A DNA stretch of 64,000 bases from Humidesulfovibrio sp. GTDB lineage: Bacteria; Desulfobacterota; Desulfovibrionia; Desulfovibrionales; Desulfovibrionaceae. Both the position numbers and the translations under genes were made by a program. Of the stretch, positions 31,656 to 42,549 are shown one piece after another. Location: positions 226,475 to 290,474 of the forward strand of contig JARLHQ010000028.1 of NCBI GenBank assembly GCA_031292175.1. The letters are read 5' to 3'. Every line of letters begins with the position of its first letter. The first letter of the stretch is position 1. The notes beneath the pieces are model-generated. The model was not told where the DNA came from. It made no database searches and saw only the letters and a program-made list of their open reading frames with translations.

Positions 31656-32579
31656 TTAGAAGCTGTATTCCTGCAGCCAGGAGGCATAGTCCGGGTTCTC
31701 GCCCTTGACGATGCGGAAGTACTCCTTCTGCAAGAGCTGGGTGATGGGTCCGGCCTGCCCGGCGCCGATGGTGCGGCGGTCCACCTCGCGGATGGGCGTG
31801 ATCTCGGCCGCGGTGCCGCTGAAGAAGGCCTCGTCGGCCACGTAGAGCTCGTCGCGGGTGAAGAGCTGCTCCACGACCTCGTAGCCCAGTTCACGCGCCA
31901 GGGTCATGATGCTGTCGCGGGTGATGCCCGGCAGCACGCTGGTGAGCGGCGTTGTCTTGATGATCTCATTCTTGATGACGAAGATGTTCTCGCCCGTGGC
32001 CTCGGAGACGTAGCCCTGGGTGTCGAGCATGAGCGCCTCGTGGTAGCCGTCGGCCACGGCCTCAGTCTTGGCCAGCACGGAGTTCACGTAGTTGCCGCAG
32101 GCCTTGGCCTTGGTCATCATGGCGTTCACGTGGTGGCGGCAGAAGCTGCTGGTCTTGATGCTGATGCCTTTCAAGAGCGCGTCGTCGCCCAGGTAGGCGC
32201 CCCAGGGCCAGGTGGCGATGGCCAGACGGATGGGGTTGTTGCCCGGATGCACGCCCATGACGCCGTCGCCGATGAACACCAGGGGCCGGATGTAGCCAGC
32301 CTTCATCTTGTTCACCACCAGGGTGTCGATGACGGCCTGGACCATCTCGTCGAGGCTGAAGGGGATCTTCATGTTCAGGATGTGCGCGGAGTCGATCAGG
32401 CGCTGCATGTGCTCGCGCAGACGGTAGACGGCGCTGCGGCCGTCGGTGCATTCATAGGAGCGGATGCCCTCGAATACGCCGCATCCGTAATGCAGGGTGT
32501 GCGTGAGGATATGGACGTTGGCCTCGTCCCAGGGCACCAGCTTGCCGTCAAACCAGATCTTTTCCGCTTTCTGAACCAT
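31656..32579 (-). CDS. ilvE: branched-chain amino acid aminotransferase
   Basis: LHYG..VFEG, KACGNY, LPGITR, GTAAE. Confidence 0.96.
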   Translation of the reverse strand: MVQKAEKIWFDGKLVPWDEANVHILTHTLHYGCGVFEGIRSYECTDGRSAVYRLREHMQRLIDSAHILNMKIPFSLDEMVQAVIDTLVVNKMKAGYIRPLVFIGDGVMGVHPGNNPIRLAIATWPWGAYLGDDALLKGISIKTSSFCRHHVNAMMTKAKACGNYVNSVLAKTEAVADGYHEALMLDTQGYVSEATGENIFVIKNEIIKTTPLTSVLPGITRDSIMTLARELGYEVVEQLFTRDELYVADEAFFSGTAAEITPIREVDRRTIGAGQAGPITQLLQKEYFRIVKGENPDYASWLQEYSF

Positions 32580-32866
32580 CTCGGTCTCCCTGTGTGCGCG
32601 ATTATGGGGGGGAGCCCCGGCCTTCCCGCCCTGTGGGCGCGCCTGGGACTCGCGAAGCTTTTGACGCTAAAAAAAACAGGACGCGAGGTCAAGGGCGAGC
32701 GGATTCTATTAATTGAATAGACAAGGCGGAATTTTGCTGCAAAAAAACAACAAATGATCCCAGAGACGGTCCATGAGCAGGACGAAAACGGACAAGGACA
32801 GACGACATTAAAAAATGATGCTATGTATAACAACACCTTAACTCGAACACGCTGAGTTTTCTCACC

Positions 32867-33424
32867 TTGGCAACGCTCCTCATCGCCACAGACATCTTCG
32901 GCGCAACACCGGAAATCCTGGCCCTGGCAAAGACCCTGGGCGCGGAGACCTTGATCGTCTCGCCTTACGGGCTTGAGCACATGGAGTTCAGCGACCAGCA
33001 TGAAGCCTACGCCGCGTTCACGGCGCGCACCAGCTTCCCGGCCTATGCGGAAGCGTTGCGCAGCGCCCTGGCCGCTTCGGCGCGGCCCGTCGATCTGGCC
33101 CTGGGCTTCAGCGTGGGCGCGACGGCCCTGTGGCTGTGCCTGGCGGAGGAAGCCCCCTGGCTGCCCCGGTGCGCCGCGCTCTATTATGGCTCACGCATCC
33201 GAGACCACGCGGAACTTTCGCCCCGCCGCCCCACGCGGCTGATCTTTGCGGAGCAGGAACCCGGCTTCAGTCCAGAGGATCTCGCGGCCAGACTCCGGGC
33301 GCGCGGACTGGACGCCCGGCTGCGTCCCGGTTCCGCGCACGGGTTCATGAATCCGCGCTCGCCGGGCTTCGACGCCACGCTCTACGCCTCGGAGCTGGCG
33401 GAACTCCGGCCCCTGTTCGACTGA
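32867..33424 (+). CDS. dienelactone hydrolase-family alpha/beta hydrolase
   Basis: TDIFG, GFSVG elbow, HGF; TTG start uncertain. Confidence 0.7.
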   Translation: MATLLIATDIFGATPEILALAKTLGAETLIVSPYGLEHMEFSDQHEAYAAFTARTSFPAYAEALRSALAASARPVDLALGFSVGATALWLCLAEEAPWLPRCAALYYGSRIRDHAELSPRRPTRLIFAEQEPGFSPEDLAARLRARGLDARLRPGSAHGFMNPRSPGFDATLYASELAELRPLFD

Positions 33425-33494
33425 TCCCCGAAAAGAAACGAGGGAGCGCGGCCGTACGCCGCCTCCCCCGGTGTTCTCGTCGCACGCAGGCGAT

Positions 33495-34592
33495 CTATTT
33501 GCGTGTGCGCTTTGCAGGCGTGGCTGTTTCAGTCTGGGCGGGCGCGCTCTCCGGGGCGAGCAGCTCGCCCTGGCCTTCGGAATGCCCGGTGGGGTTCGCG
33601 GCCTCGTCCTGGGCCGCCGTCTTGGCTGCAGTTTTGGCTGCAAGCTTGGCCGCAGGCTTGGCCGCGGTCTTAGCATGGGTCTTGGCTCGTTTCCTGGGAC
33701 TTCCCTTCGAGCCCGGCTTGGCTTCCGCCTTGGCCTCGGACTTTGTTTCCGGCTTGGCTTCGACCGCGGCTTCGGGCTTGGCTTCCGCATTGGCTTCGGG
33801 CGCGGCGTCAACCTTGGCGTCCCCCTGTTCCGCCGCCGGTTCTTCCGCGACCTTGGGTTTTGGTTTGGGCTTGCGGCGCACGATGACCGCCGAGGCCAAA
33901 ATCCTGCCCTGCTCCGGGTGCTGGCCCAGCCATTCCACCTTGCCGGTGGCCAGGTCGTAAACGCCGCCCTCAAGAAGCGCCTGGCCATTCTTCACCGCGT
34001 CGCGCACCACGGCGCTTTTACGCAGGATGTTCTCCATGGTCAGCCAGACGTTGGCTTTGATGCTCTTGTTCAGCAGCTCGTCGCCGCTGGCCGTGGGGGT
34101 CCACGCCCTGGCCTTGGACACGGCGGGCTTGATCTGATTGATGAGGGCCTGCAAGTTGCCTTGGACCTTGGCGTCATGCACGGCGTCGGAGACAACATCG
34201 CAGCCGGTGTGCCCCAGCACCAGCACCACGGATGTGCCCAGGCGGTTCACGCCGTACTCGATGGAGCCCAGTTGCTCCGTTCCGGCGACGTTGCCCGCAA
34301 CGCGGATGCCGAAAATGTCGCCCGCGCCCAGGTCGAAAAGCATCGCAAGGGGCGCGCGGGAATCCGCGCAGCCGAGGATGGTGGCCACGGGATGCTCGCC
34401 GCCTTTGGCGGTCTCGGCGCGGCGGGCCGCGTCCTGGTGGCCGTGAACGGCCTGTCCCGACGCATAGCGCGCATTGCCGTCTTTCAGAAGCTGCAAGGCC
34501 TCATCCGCCGGCAATGGCGAAGCGGGCGGCGACGCCAGCGCCTGGCCACACAGGGCCAGCGCCAGAACAAGAAGGGCGAAATATTTCTTCAT
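33495..34592 (-). CDS. exported beta-class carbonic anhydrase with low-complexity Lys/Ala/Pro/Glu tail
   Basis: Signal peptide MKKYFALLV..ALA; GCADSR, RVAGN, GHTGC; start placed at 34592. Confidence 0.88.
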   Translation of the reverse strand: MKKYFALLVLALALCGQALASPPASPLPADEALQLLKDGNARYASGQAVHGHQDAARRAETAKGGEHPVATILGCADSRAPLAMLFDLGAGDIFGIRVAGNVAGTEQLGSIEYGVNRLGTSVVLVLGHTGCDVVSDAVHDAKVQGNLQALINQIKPAVSKARAWTPTASGDELLNKSIKANVWLTMENILRKSAVVRDAVKNGQALLEGGVYDLATGKVEWLGQHPEQGRILASAVIVRRKPKPKPKVAEEPAAEQGDAKVDAAPEANAEAKPEAAVEAKPETKSEAKAEAKPGSKGSPRKRAKTHAKTAAKPAAKLAAKTAAKTAAQDEAANPTGHSEGQGELLAPESAPAQTETATPAKRTRK

Positions 34593-34747
34593 GATTCCCC
34601 CGCAATAAAATTGACCGCCCGCGTGGTCGCGGCGCTTAGTGTGCCTCCCTAGCAAATCGCGTGCGCAGGGGCAAGGGCATGCGACTTTTCCCACGCCAAA
34701 TACGCATCTCCTTGGCATTCAAGCAAAACTATATCGACGCACAACCC

Positions 34748-34775
34748 TAAAGTTTCCTATCAGTTGCGCCGATAA
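34748..34775 (+). promoter_or_regulatory. sigma28 (FliA) promoter
   Basis: TAAAGTTT-N12-GCCGATAA upstream of flaG. Confidence 0.75.
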
Positions 34776-34835
34776 ACGTATCGTAAGGGCAGAATCAACC
34801 TTGCGCCAGCGACCAACAACAAAGAGGTAGCCACC

Positions 34836-35351
34836 ATGAACGTCAGCCCCTCAGACACGGATGTCAGGCAGGGGTACTCCCTGGCCGCCAGCGCAGCTGC
34901 CAGCCAGGCCAGCACCGACACTCAGGCCAACACCACAAGCCAGGCCAGCGCCACAAGTCAGGCCAGCGCCGCAAGCCAGGCCAGCGCAGACAGTCAGGCC
35001 AGCAGCGACAGCCAAAGCACGGCCGGGGCACTGGGGCCCTCCGATTCCGCCTCAAGCCAGACCACGGGCAGCCAGCAGGCAGACCATACGGATGCGCGTT
35101 CCAAGGCCGCGCAGGCCGGCGCCGACAAGACCACGGTCAAGGAGACCGCGCAGAAGATTGAGCAGCAGTTCCAGGACTCCGACACCGGGCTCAAGATCCG
35201 CGTGTTGGACGACGCCCAGCACACCATCCAGGTGGAGGTGGTGGACAGGAAGAGCAACAAGGTCCTGCGCCAGATCCCTCAGGATGACATGCTGAAGCTC
35301 TCCGCCTCCATGAAGCAGATGAAGGGCGTTTTGCTGAACAAGCCAGCCTAA
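34836..35351 (+). CDS. flaG: flagellar protein FlaG
   Basis: C-terminal VEVVD....VLRQIPQDDML FlaG pattern; sigma28 promoter. Confidence 0.82.
   Translation: MNVSPSDTDVRQGYSLAASAAASQASTDTQANTTSQASATSQASAASQASADSQASSDSQSTAGALGPSDSASSQTTGSQQADHTDARSKAAQAGADKTTVKETAQKIEQQFQDSDTGLKIRVLDDAQHTIQVEVVDRKSNKVLRQIPQDDMLKLSASMKQMKGVLLNKPA
34902..35018 (+). repeat. 18-bp tandem repeat (SQASxx, about 6.5 copies) inside flaG
   Basis: AGYCAGGCCAGC-N6-like units at 34902, 34920, 34938, 34956, 34974, 34992 and a partial at 35010. Confidence 0.85.
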
Positions 35352-35383
35352 ATCCTTCACGCTCCGCCGCCGCACGCAACCAC

Positions 35384-35409
35384 CAAAAGCCTCCTTCTGG
35401 AGGCTTTTG
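35384..35409 (+). terminator. intrinsic terminator after flaG
   Basis: CAAAAGCCTCC-TTCT-GGAGGCTTTTG. Confidence 0.75.
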
Positions 35410-35639
35410 TCTTTTCCGGCTGGCTGCAACAGGGCTGGGAGAGCAGACAAACCGCGCTTTACCGCCCAAACAATCTATGCAAGTCCGGACCATTCCCGTA
35501 GGGTGTGGCAAAAGGCAGCGGCAGGCGCCCATGCCCTTTCAAGCGACGCTGCGGAAGACCTGTGCGCGGCGCAGGCGATGCCGTCCGCCGCAGCCGAAAC
35601 GGATCAAACCAGCCCCCAGGGGACCGAGGGAACGGCTCC

Positions 35640-37862
35640 ATGCTGAAGCTGTTCAAAAGAATCCTGAAAAGCGACAAGCTCCCGCTTCTTTTCACGGGCG
35701 TCTGCACGTCCCTGCTGCTGGTCGCCCTGTACCTCCTGCAGCCGGGCATCCTGCGTTTTCTGGACGACAAGATCTATGACCAGCAACTGCGCCGCCAGCA
35801 CAGCGCCAAGACTTCCGGCGTGCCGGTCATCGTGGACATTGACGAAAAAAGTCTGGCGGCGATGGGGCAATGGCCCTGGCCACGCTACCGCGTGGCGCTG
35901 CTGCTGGAAAAAATCCACCGGGCGGGAGCACTGGCCGTGGGCCTGGACATGGTGCTGGCCGAGCCCGACCGCACCTCGCCCGTCTTGCTTAAGCGCCAGC
36001 TCAAGCGGGATCTGCGGGTCAATGTGGACTTCACGGGACTGCCCAAGGCCCTGGAGGACCACGACGTGCTTCTGGCAAACGAGCTCCGTGGCAAGCCCTA
36101 TGTTCTGGGCTTCTTCTTCTCCTTCTCCAAGGCCGAGGCCGATCAGCAGGGGCGCGCGCTGGACTGCGGCATCAAGCCCGCCCAGGTGTCCGTGTTGGCC
36201 GCGCCCGGAGCGCCCGTGCCGGAGCGGACGCTGCATTCGGCCCTGAGCGCCGTGTGCCCCCTGCCCATCCTGGCGGACGCGGCTTCGGCCACCGGTTTTT
36301 TCAACGCCACCCCGGACCCGGACGGCATCCTCAGGCGCGTGGCCCTGCTCATCAACTATCACGGCAAGCTGTACCCCAGTCTGGCGCTGGCCACGCTGAT
36401 GCAGGCCGCTGGCGACGCGAACCTCCTGCTCAAGCTCGACGCCCTGGGCGCGGAATCCCTGCGCTTCGGCGGTTCCGCCATCCCCGTGGACCGCGCTGGC
36501 CAGCTCCTGGTGAACTATCGCGGCGGTCCCGGCATGTTCAGGTACGTCAGCGCCGTGGATATTTTGGAGGGCAAGGCGGACCCAGCGCTGCTGAACGGCA
36601 AGATCGTCTTTATCGGCACCAGCGCCGCCGGTCTGCGCGACCTGCGCGCCACGCCGTTTTCCGCCGCGTATCCCGGCGTGGAGGTCCACGCGGCCATCGT
36701 GGACAACATCCTCACCCAGGACTTCATCGCCATCCCGGGCTACGCGCCGGCGTTGGAGTTGGCGGTTGCGATCCTGGCGGGCATCGCCATCACCCTGCTG
36801 GTCTGCTGGGCCAGGGCCGTGTGGATCGTCGTCCCCCTGGCGGGCATGGCCCTTGGCCTGTGGGAGGGCACGGCCTATCTCCTGGGCCATCAGCGCATCT
36901 ACATCTCGCCGCTTTACGCCTACATCATCCTCGCGGCCAATTTCGCCCTGCTCACGTTCCTGAAGTTTCGGCGCGAAGAGAAACAGAGGCGGTTCATCCA
37001 GGGGGCCTTCGCCCACTATCTCGCTCCGGCGGTCATCGCCCAGATATATGAAGCGCCCGAGTCCTTAAGCCTGCGGGGCGAGGAAAAGGAGATCACGGTC
37101 ATGTTCGCGGACGTACGCGACTTCACCGGCTTAAGCGAAACACTCTCGCCGACCCAGGTGACGGACCTCCTGCACGACTACCTGACGCCCATGACGAAGA
37201 TCATCACCCAGGACATGGGCACCCTCGACAAGTTCATCGGCGACGCCATCATGGCCTTCTGGAACGCGCCAGTAGACGTGCCCGGGCATCAGGAAAAAGC
37301 CCTCGGCTCCGCCGTGCGGATGCTTGCGCGTTTGAAAACACTGAATGCGGACTTCCAGAAGAAGTTCGGCTGCGCCATCAGGATCGGCATCGGCCTGCAC
37401 TGCGGCCTCGTGCGCGTGGGCAACATGGGCTCGGCGGACCTGTTCGACTACACCCTCATCGGCGACAACGTGAACCTGGCCTCCCGGCTGGAGGGCCTGA
37501 CCAAGCACTACGGCCAGACGCTCATCATCAGCCAGGCCATGCGCGAGGCCTGCGGCGACGCGTATGCTTACATGGAGCTCGACGCCGTGTGCGTGAAGGG
37601 CAAGAGCAAGCCCCTCGCCATCCACACGGCCATGTCCCACGCGGAGGCGGCGGAGCGCGCGGAGGAGATCGCCGGGCACGAGGCCGCGCTCGCGCTGTAC
37701 CGGGCCATGCGCTTCGAAGAGGCCGGGCAGGCCTTCGCCCGCCTCAAGGACCTGACCGGCAACGCGACGCTTTACGGCCTGTACCTGGAGCGTTGCCGGG
37801 CCCTGGCCGAGCACCCACCCGGCAAGGATTGGGACGGGGTCTGCACCCACACCTCGAAGTAG
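35640..37862 (+). CDS. CHASE2-domain class III adenylate cyclase
   Basis: GQWPWPR CHASE2, three TM helices, FADVRDFT, DKFIGDAIMA, GDNVNLASRLE; start placed at MLKLF. Confidence 0.9.
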   Translation: MLKLFKRILKSDKLPLLFTGVCTSLLLVALYLLQPGILRFLDDKIYDQQLRRQHSAKTSGVPVIVDIDEKSLAAMGQWPWPRYRVALLLEKIHRAGALAVGLDMVLAEPDRTSPVLLKRQLKRDLRVNVDFTGLPKALEDHDVLLANELRGKPYVLGFFFSFSKAEADQQGRALDCGIKPAQVSVLAAPGAPVPERTLHSALSAVCPLPILADAASATGFFNATPDPDGILRRVALLINYHGKLYPSLALATLMQAAGDANLLLKLDALGAESLRFGGSAIPVDRAGQLLVNYRGGPGMFRYVSAVDILEGKADPALLNGKIVFIGTSAAGLRDLRATPFSAAYPGVEVHAAIVDNILTQDFIAIPGYAPALELAVAILAGIAITLLVCWARAVWIVVPLAGMALGLWEGTAYLLGHQRIYISPLYAYIILAANFALLTFLKFRREEKQRRFIQGAFAHYLAPAVIAQIYEAPESLSLRGEEKEITVMFADVRDFTGLSETLSPTQVTDLLHDYLTPMTKIITQDMGTLDKFIGDAIMAFWNAPVDVPGHQEKALGSAVRMLARLKTLNADFQKKFGCAIRIGIGLHCGLVRVGNMGSADLFDYTLIGDNVNLASRLEGLTKHYGQTLIISQAMREACGDAYAYMELDAVCVKGKSKPLAIHTAMSHAEAAERAEEIAGHEAALALYRAMRFEEAGQAFARLKDLTGNATLYGLYLERCRALAEHPPGKDWDGVCTHTSK

Positions 37863-38032
37863 CAGGCCGCTGAAGACGGCATCCCGCGGGCGCACGCCCG
37901 CCGGCCTTGACGCCGCGCCCGTTCGCACAGCGACTTGACTTCCGCCCCGTGATGTTCCAAGTTACTCCGTCCCAAGAACCGGCGTTCCGGCACTTTCTTA
38001 CGCCCGACGCCCAGCGGAGGATCGAACACCCC

Positions 38033-40852
38033 ATGAGCGACTACAAGCAGACCCTCAAGCTGCCCCAGACGGGCTTTCCCATGAAGGCCAACCTGAAGCA
38101 GAAAGAGCCAGAAACCCTCAAGTTCTGGGCGCAGATCGACGCCTATGGCGCGATGGTGGCGGCTGGCGAGGGCAACCCGACCTATGTCCTGCATGACGGC
38201 CCGCCCTATGCCAACGGCAACATCCACATGGGCACGGCCATGAACAAGACGCTCAAGGACATCATCGTCAAGTCGCGCAACATGTCCGGCCGCCAGGCGC
38301 AGTACGTTCCCGGCTGGGACTGCCACGGCCTGCCCATTGAGCACAAGGTCGAGACCGAGCTCAAGAAAAAGAAGAAGGAGCTGCCGCCTCTTGTGGTGCG
38401 CAAGCTCTGCCGCGAATACGCCCTGAAATTTCTGGACATCCAGCGCAGCGAATTCAAGCGCCTGGGCGTTCTGGGCACCTGGGACAAGCCTTACATGACT
38501 CTCGATCCCAAGTATGAGGCCGCCACGGCGCGGGAGCTGGGCCGCTTCATGGAAAAGGGCTCGGTGATCCGGGGCAAGAAGCCCATCTACTGGTGTTGCT
38601 CGTGCCACACCGCCCTGGCCGAGGCCGAGGTGGAGTACGCCGACCACTCCTCGCCCTCCGTTTTCGTGCGCTTTCCGCTGACGGACAAGCGCGTGCAGGG
38701 GCTCTTGCCCGCCGGGGCCAAGTACGACCCGGCCAAGACCTTCGTGGTCATCTGGACCACCACCCCCTGGACCCTGCCGGACAACATGGGCGTGTGCGTG
38801 CACCCGGAATTCGACTACGTCTTCGCCGAGGCGAACGGCTGCCTGTACCTTATGGCCGCGCGCCTGCTCGCTCCCTGCGCCGAGATCTTCGGCTGGGACA
38901 CCCCCAAGGTGCTGGCCACGGTGCCGGGCAGCAGGCTTGAGGGCCTGGAGGCCAGCCACCCATTCTACAAACGCAAGTCGCCCATCATCCTGGGCGAGCA
39001 CGTGACCCTCGACGCAGGCACGGGCTGCGTGCACACCGCGCCTGGCCACGGCCGCGAGGACTACGACGTGGGCCTGAAGTACGGCCTGGAGGTCTACTCC
39101 CCGCTGGACGACGCGGGCCGCTTCCTGACCGACGTGGAGTTCTTCGCGGGCCTGAACGTCTTCGAGGCCAACCCCAAGGTCATTGAGAAGCTGAAGCAGG
39201 TGGGCAACCTGCTGGCGCAGGAGAAGATCAGCCACTCCTACCCGCACTGCTGGCGCTGCAAGGAGCCGGTCATATTCCGCGCCACCACGCAGTGGTTCAT
39301 CAGCATGGAGGCCAACGACCTGCGCAAGAAGGCGCTGGCCGCCCTGCACAACGACGTGCGCTGGATCCCGGCCTGGGGCGAAGAGCGCATCGGCAACATG
39401 ATCGAGAACCGCCCGGACTGGTGCATCTCGCGCCAGCGCAACTGGGGCGTGCCCATTGTGGCCCTCATCTGTGAGGACTGCGACGAGGCCTATTTCGAGT
39501 CCTCCTGGGTCTTCGGCGTGGTGGACAAGTTCGCCACCCACCCCACGGGCTGCGACTACTGGTTCGAGGCGCCCCTGGAAGAGATCGTGCCCAAGGGGCT
39601 CAAGTGCCCCAAATGCGGCCGCGAGCACTGGCGTCGCGAGACGGACATCCTGGACGTGTGGTTCGACTCCGGCACCAGCTTCGCCGCGGTGATGGAGCAG
39701 CGCCCGGAGCTCTCCTTCCCGGCCGACCTGTACATGGAAGGCTCGGACCAGCACCGCGGCTGGTTCCACAGCTCGCTTCTGGCCAGCGTGGGCACGCGCG
39801 GCGCGCCCCCCTACAAGTCCGTGCTCACCCACGGCTACGTGGTGGACGGCGAGGGCCGCAAGATGTCCAAGTCCATCGGCAACGTCATCGCGCCGCAGGA
39901 GATCATCGACAAACACGGCGCGGAGATCCTGCGCATGTGGGTCTCCGCCGTGAACTACCAGGAGGACGTACGCATCTCCGACGAGATCCTGAGCCGTCTG
40001 GTGGACGCCTACCGGCGCATCCGGAACACGGCGCGCTTCCTCTTGGGCAACCTGTCCGATTTCGACCCGGCAAAGGATAGCGTGGCCCCCACGGCCATGC
40101 TGCCCATCGACCGCTTCACCCTCGACCTGGTGGAGCGCCGTCACAAGACCATCGCCCAGGCCTATGAGGACTTCGAGTTCCACAAGGTCTACCACACGCT
40201 GCACAACCTGTGCACGGTGGACCTCTCGGCCTTCTACCTCGACATCATCAAGGACCGTCTGTACGTGTGCGCGGGCCTGGAGCGCCGCTCCGCCCAGACC
40301 GTGCTCTGGCGCGCCCTGCTCATCCTGCTGCACGACATGGCCCCGGTGCTGAGCTTCACCGCCGAGGAGGCCTACCAGACCCTGCCCGAGGGCCTCCGCC
40401 CCGGCGGCCCAACCGTGTTCACCATGCGCCTGCCCGAGGCCGCTCCGGCCATGTCCGACGCTGCCCGCCAGGAATTCGAATTGCTGCTCGCCGTGCGCGG
40501 CGAAGTGACGAAAGCCATTGAGCCCATGCGCAAGGCGGGCGACATCGGCCACTCCCTGGAAACCCAGGTGACGCTCTATCTTGAGCCCGAGCTGGGCAAC
40601 TTTGCCGCGTCACTTGGTGAAGAAGGCTTGAAGGAATTCTTCATCGCCTCCAAGGTGCTGGTGGAGCCTTACGATGCCGCGCCGGAAGGCGTGGCCGCCG
40701 CCGAGGGGCTGCCCACGCCGGTGAAGATCGTCGTGACCAAGGCCGCAGGCGCGAAATGCCAGCGTTGCTGGCGCTATGACGAAACCCTGGGCACCGATAC
40801 CGAGCACCCGGAAATCTGCCCGCGCTGCACCAAAGTCGTGCGGGAGCTGTAA
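38033..40852 (+). CDS. ileS: isoleucyl-tRNA synthetase (type 1)
   Basis: [20 protein letters not shown]-terminal CQRC..CPRC zinc finger; GGAGG RBS. Confidence 0.98.
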   Translation: MSDYKQTLKLPQTGFPMKANLKQKEPETLKFWAQIDAYGAMVAAGEGNPTYVLHDGPPYANGNIHMGTAMNKTLKDIIVKSRNMSGRQAQYVPGWDCHGLPIEHKVETELKKKKKELPPLVVRKLCREYALKFLDIQRSEFKRLGVLGTWDKPYMTLDPKYEAATARELGRFMEKGSVIRGKKPIYWCCSCHTALAEAEVEYADHSSPSVFVRFPLTDKRVQGLLPAGAKYDPAKTFVVIWTTTPWTLPDNMGVCVHPEFDYVFAEANGCLYLMAARLLAPCAEIFGWDTPKVLATVPGSRLEGLEASHPFYKRKSPIILGEHVTLDAGTGCVHTAPGHGREDYDVGLKYGLEVYSPLDDAGRFLTDVEFFAGLNVFEANPKVIEKLKQVGNLLAQEKISHSYPHCWRCKEPVIFRATTQWFISMEANDLRKKALAALHNDVRWIPAWGEERIGNMIENRPDWCISRQRNWGVPIVALICEDCDEAYFESSWVFGVVDKFATHPTGCDYWFEAPLEEIVPKGLKCPKCGREHWRRETDILDVWFDSGTSFAAVMEQRPELSFPADLYMEGSDQHRGWFHSSLLASVGTRGAPPYKSVLTHGYVVDGEGRKMSKSIGNVIAPQEIIDKHGAEILRMWVSAVNYQEDVRISDEILSRLVDAYRRIRNTARFLLGNLSDFDPAKDSVAPTAMLPIDRFTLDLVERRHKTIAQAYEDFEFHKVYHTLHNLCTVDLSAFYLDIIKDRLYVCAGLERRSAQTVLWRALLILLHDMAPVLSFTAEEAYQTLPEGLRPGGPTVFTMRLPEAAPAMSDAARQEFELLLAVRGEVTKAIEPMRKAGDIGHSLETQVTLYLEPELGNFAASLGEEGLKEFFIASKVLVEPYDAAPEGVAAAEGLPTPVKIVVTKAAGAKCQRCWRYDETLGTDTEHPEICPRCTKVVREL

Positions 40853-40854
40853 CC

Positions 40855-41364
40855 GTGGATACACGCCTGAAAACGGCGGCCTTGCTGGCCGCGGGCATCA
40901 TCGTGCCGGACCAGATCGTCAAGGCCATCATCCAGCGGAAATTCACCCTCTGGGAGACGGACCCTGTGATTCCTGGTTTCTTCAACCTGGCGCACGTGCT
41001 GAACAAGGGCGCGGCCTTCGGGTTCTTGAACAACCCGGACAGCAACTGGCAGGTCTGGTTCTTCGTCGCCGTCACCGTGTTCGCCGTAGGCTTCATCTAC
41101 TACCTGCTCAGCACGGCGGACAAGGGCGACCGCTTCTTCATCTGGGGCCTTGGCCTTGTGCTGGGTGGGGCGCTTGGCAACCTCATCGACCGCATCCGCT
41201 TCGGCTTCGTGGTCGACTTCCTGGACTTCTACGTGGGCCAATACCACTGGCCGGCCTTCAACGTGGCGGACATCGCCATCAGTTGCGGGGCGTTCGCCAT
41301 CCTCGTTTCCATGTACTCCAAAAACAAGCGCGAAAAACGCTCCGCCCGCCAGCGGCAGGCCTAA
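40855..41364 (+). CDS. lspA: lipoprotein signal peptidase II
   Basis: NKGAAFG, GALGNLIDR, VVDFL, FNVAD. Confidence 0.96.
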   Translation: MDTRLKTAALLAAGIIVPDQIVKAIIQRKFTLWETDPVIPGFFNLAHVLNKGAAFGFLNNPDSNWQVWFFVAVTVFAVGFIYYLLSTADKGDRFFIWGLGLVLGGALGNLIDRIRFGFVVDFLDFYVGQYHWPAFNVADIAISCGAFAILVSMYSKNKREKRSARQRQA

Positions 41365-41385
41365 GGGGCGCGGGAGAAAACGACC

Positions 41386-41607
41386 ATGTTCGCAGTGCCG
41401 GCCCTTGCCCCCTCCCAATGGATCCTCATCCTTGGCCTGGTGGCGGTATTTGTTGGAGTAAGTCTTTACGCCATCTGGGACGCCCTCCACCGGGACTTCG
41501 GCTCCAGCAACGCCAAGTTCGGCTGGGTACAGTTCGCCGTGATGGTTCCCTTTTTGGGGGGAGTGGCGTATCTGATTTTTGGCAGAAAAAGAGGGAGGAA
41601 ACTCTGA
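41386..41607 (+). CDS. small PLDc_N-like membrane protein
   Basis: Two TM segments, K..W...VPFLG..AYL.FG pattern. Confidence 0.75.
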   Translation: MFAVPALAPSQWILILGLVAVFVGVSLYAIWDALHRDFGSSNAKFGWVQFAVMVPFLGGVAYLIFGRKRGRKL

Positions 41608-42512
41608 TGAAGACGTCCAAAAGCCGCAACGTCATTCTGGCCCTCAGTCTTGCGACCGCCCTGCTTGCGGGCTGCGCCACAAAATCCGACCTTGAAACCC
41701 TGCAGGACCAATCCTACCGGGACCGCCAGGAAAGCCGCCGCACCGTCCAGAAGCTGCAGGACGATCTCGCCCAGAGCCAGCAGGATCTGCGCGACGAGAT
41801 CCAGAAGAGCACCTCCCCCGTGCAGGCCAAGCAGGCCAACACCTGGGCCGAGCTTGAATCCGTGCGCATGCAGATCGCCAAGATTCAGGAAAAGCTCGAC
41901 ACCCTGACTGTGAAGTTCAGCGCCATGACCAGCTCCGCGGCGGGCGGCCCGAACCTGGTTGAGGTGGCGAAAGACGTGCAGAACATCAAGACCGCCCTGC
42001 AGAGCCAGTTTGGCATGAACCTGGACAGCTCCGCTCCGGCCGCCCAACCTGCGGAGGCCCCGGCCGAAAAGGGCAAGCCCGCGTCCAAGGCCGATGCCGC
42101 GGAAAATCCCGCGTCCAAGCCCGAGGCGGCCAAGGTGGACACGGCCGACGCCCTGTTCGCCAAGGCCGACCACGCCTTCAAGGCCCATAAGTACGAAGAG
42201 GCGCGCCAGTACTATTCCGAGTTCGCCACCACCTTCAAAAAGCACCCCAACACCTCAGAGGCCATCTACTGGGTGGGTGAGTGCGCGTACAACCTCCAGG
42301 ACTATGGCAAGGCCGTGCTGGCCTACCAGGCCGTCATCGAGAAGTACCCCCGGAGCAACAAGTACAAGTCCGCAGTGCTCAAGCAGGGCATGGCCTTTTT
42401 CAAGATCGGCAAGGACAAGGCCGGACGCGCGGTCATGCAGGACCTGATCGACCGCTTCCCGAAAGCGCCTGAGGCCCTTGTCGCCAAGAAGTTCCTGAAG
42501 GAGCACAAGTAG
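41607..42512 (+). CDS. cpoB: YbgF/CpoB-like TPR lipoprotein
   Basis: Lipobox LAGC, coiled coil, C-terminal TPRs (AIYWVGE, AVLKQG); ATG overlaps the upstream TGA. Confidence 0.7.
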   Translation: MKTSKSRNVILALSLATALLAGCATKSDLETLQDQSYRDRQESRRTVQKLQDDLAQSQQDLRDEIQKSTSPVQAKQANTWAELESVRMQIAKIQEKLDTLTVKFSAMTSSAAGGPNLVEVAKDVQNIKTALQSQFGMNLDSSAPAAQPAEAPAEKGKPASKADAAENPASKPEAAKVDTADALFAKADHAFKAHKYEEARQYYSEFATTFKKHPNTSEAIYWVGECAYNLQDYGKAVLAYQAVIEKYPRSNKYKSAVLKQGMAFFKIGKDKAGRAVMQDLIDRFPKAPEALVAKKFLKEHK

Positions 42513-42549
42513 CCCCGGCCGCAAGCCGGGCCCGGTTCAGAGGCTCGCA

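Noticed and set aside
34902-35018. Possible CRISPR-like repeat
   Set aside because: In-frame 18-bp coding tandem repeat without unique spacers or cas genes; no CRISPR array seen elsewhere in the window
37863-38032. T-box riboswitch upstream of ileS
   Set aside because: No T-box consensus or terminator/antiterminator pair seen; the region looks like a plain promoter
37772-40552. Very long antisense ORFs (926 aa here; similar ones at 19992-22268, 26530-28926, 30600-32720, 56926-58743)
   Set aside because: Shadow frames opposite well-supported genes, expected from high-GC codon bias; no motifs or RBS
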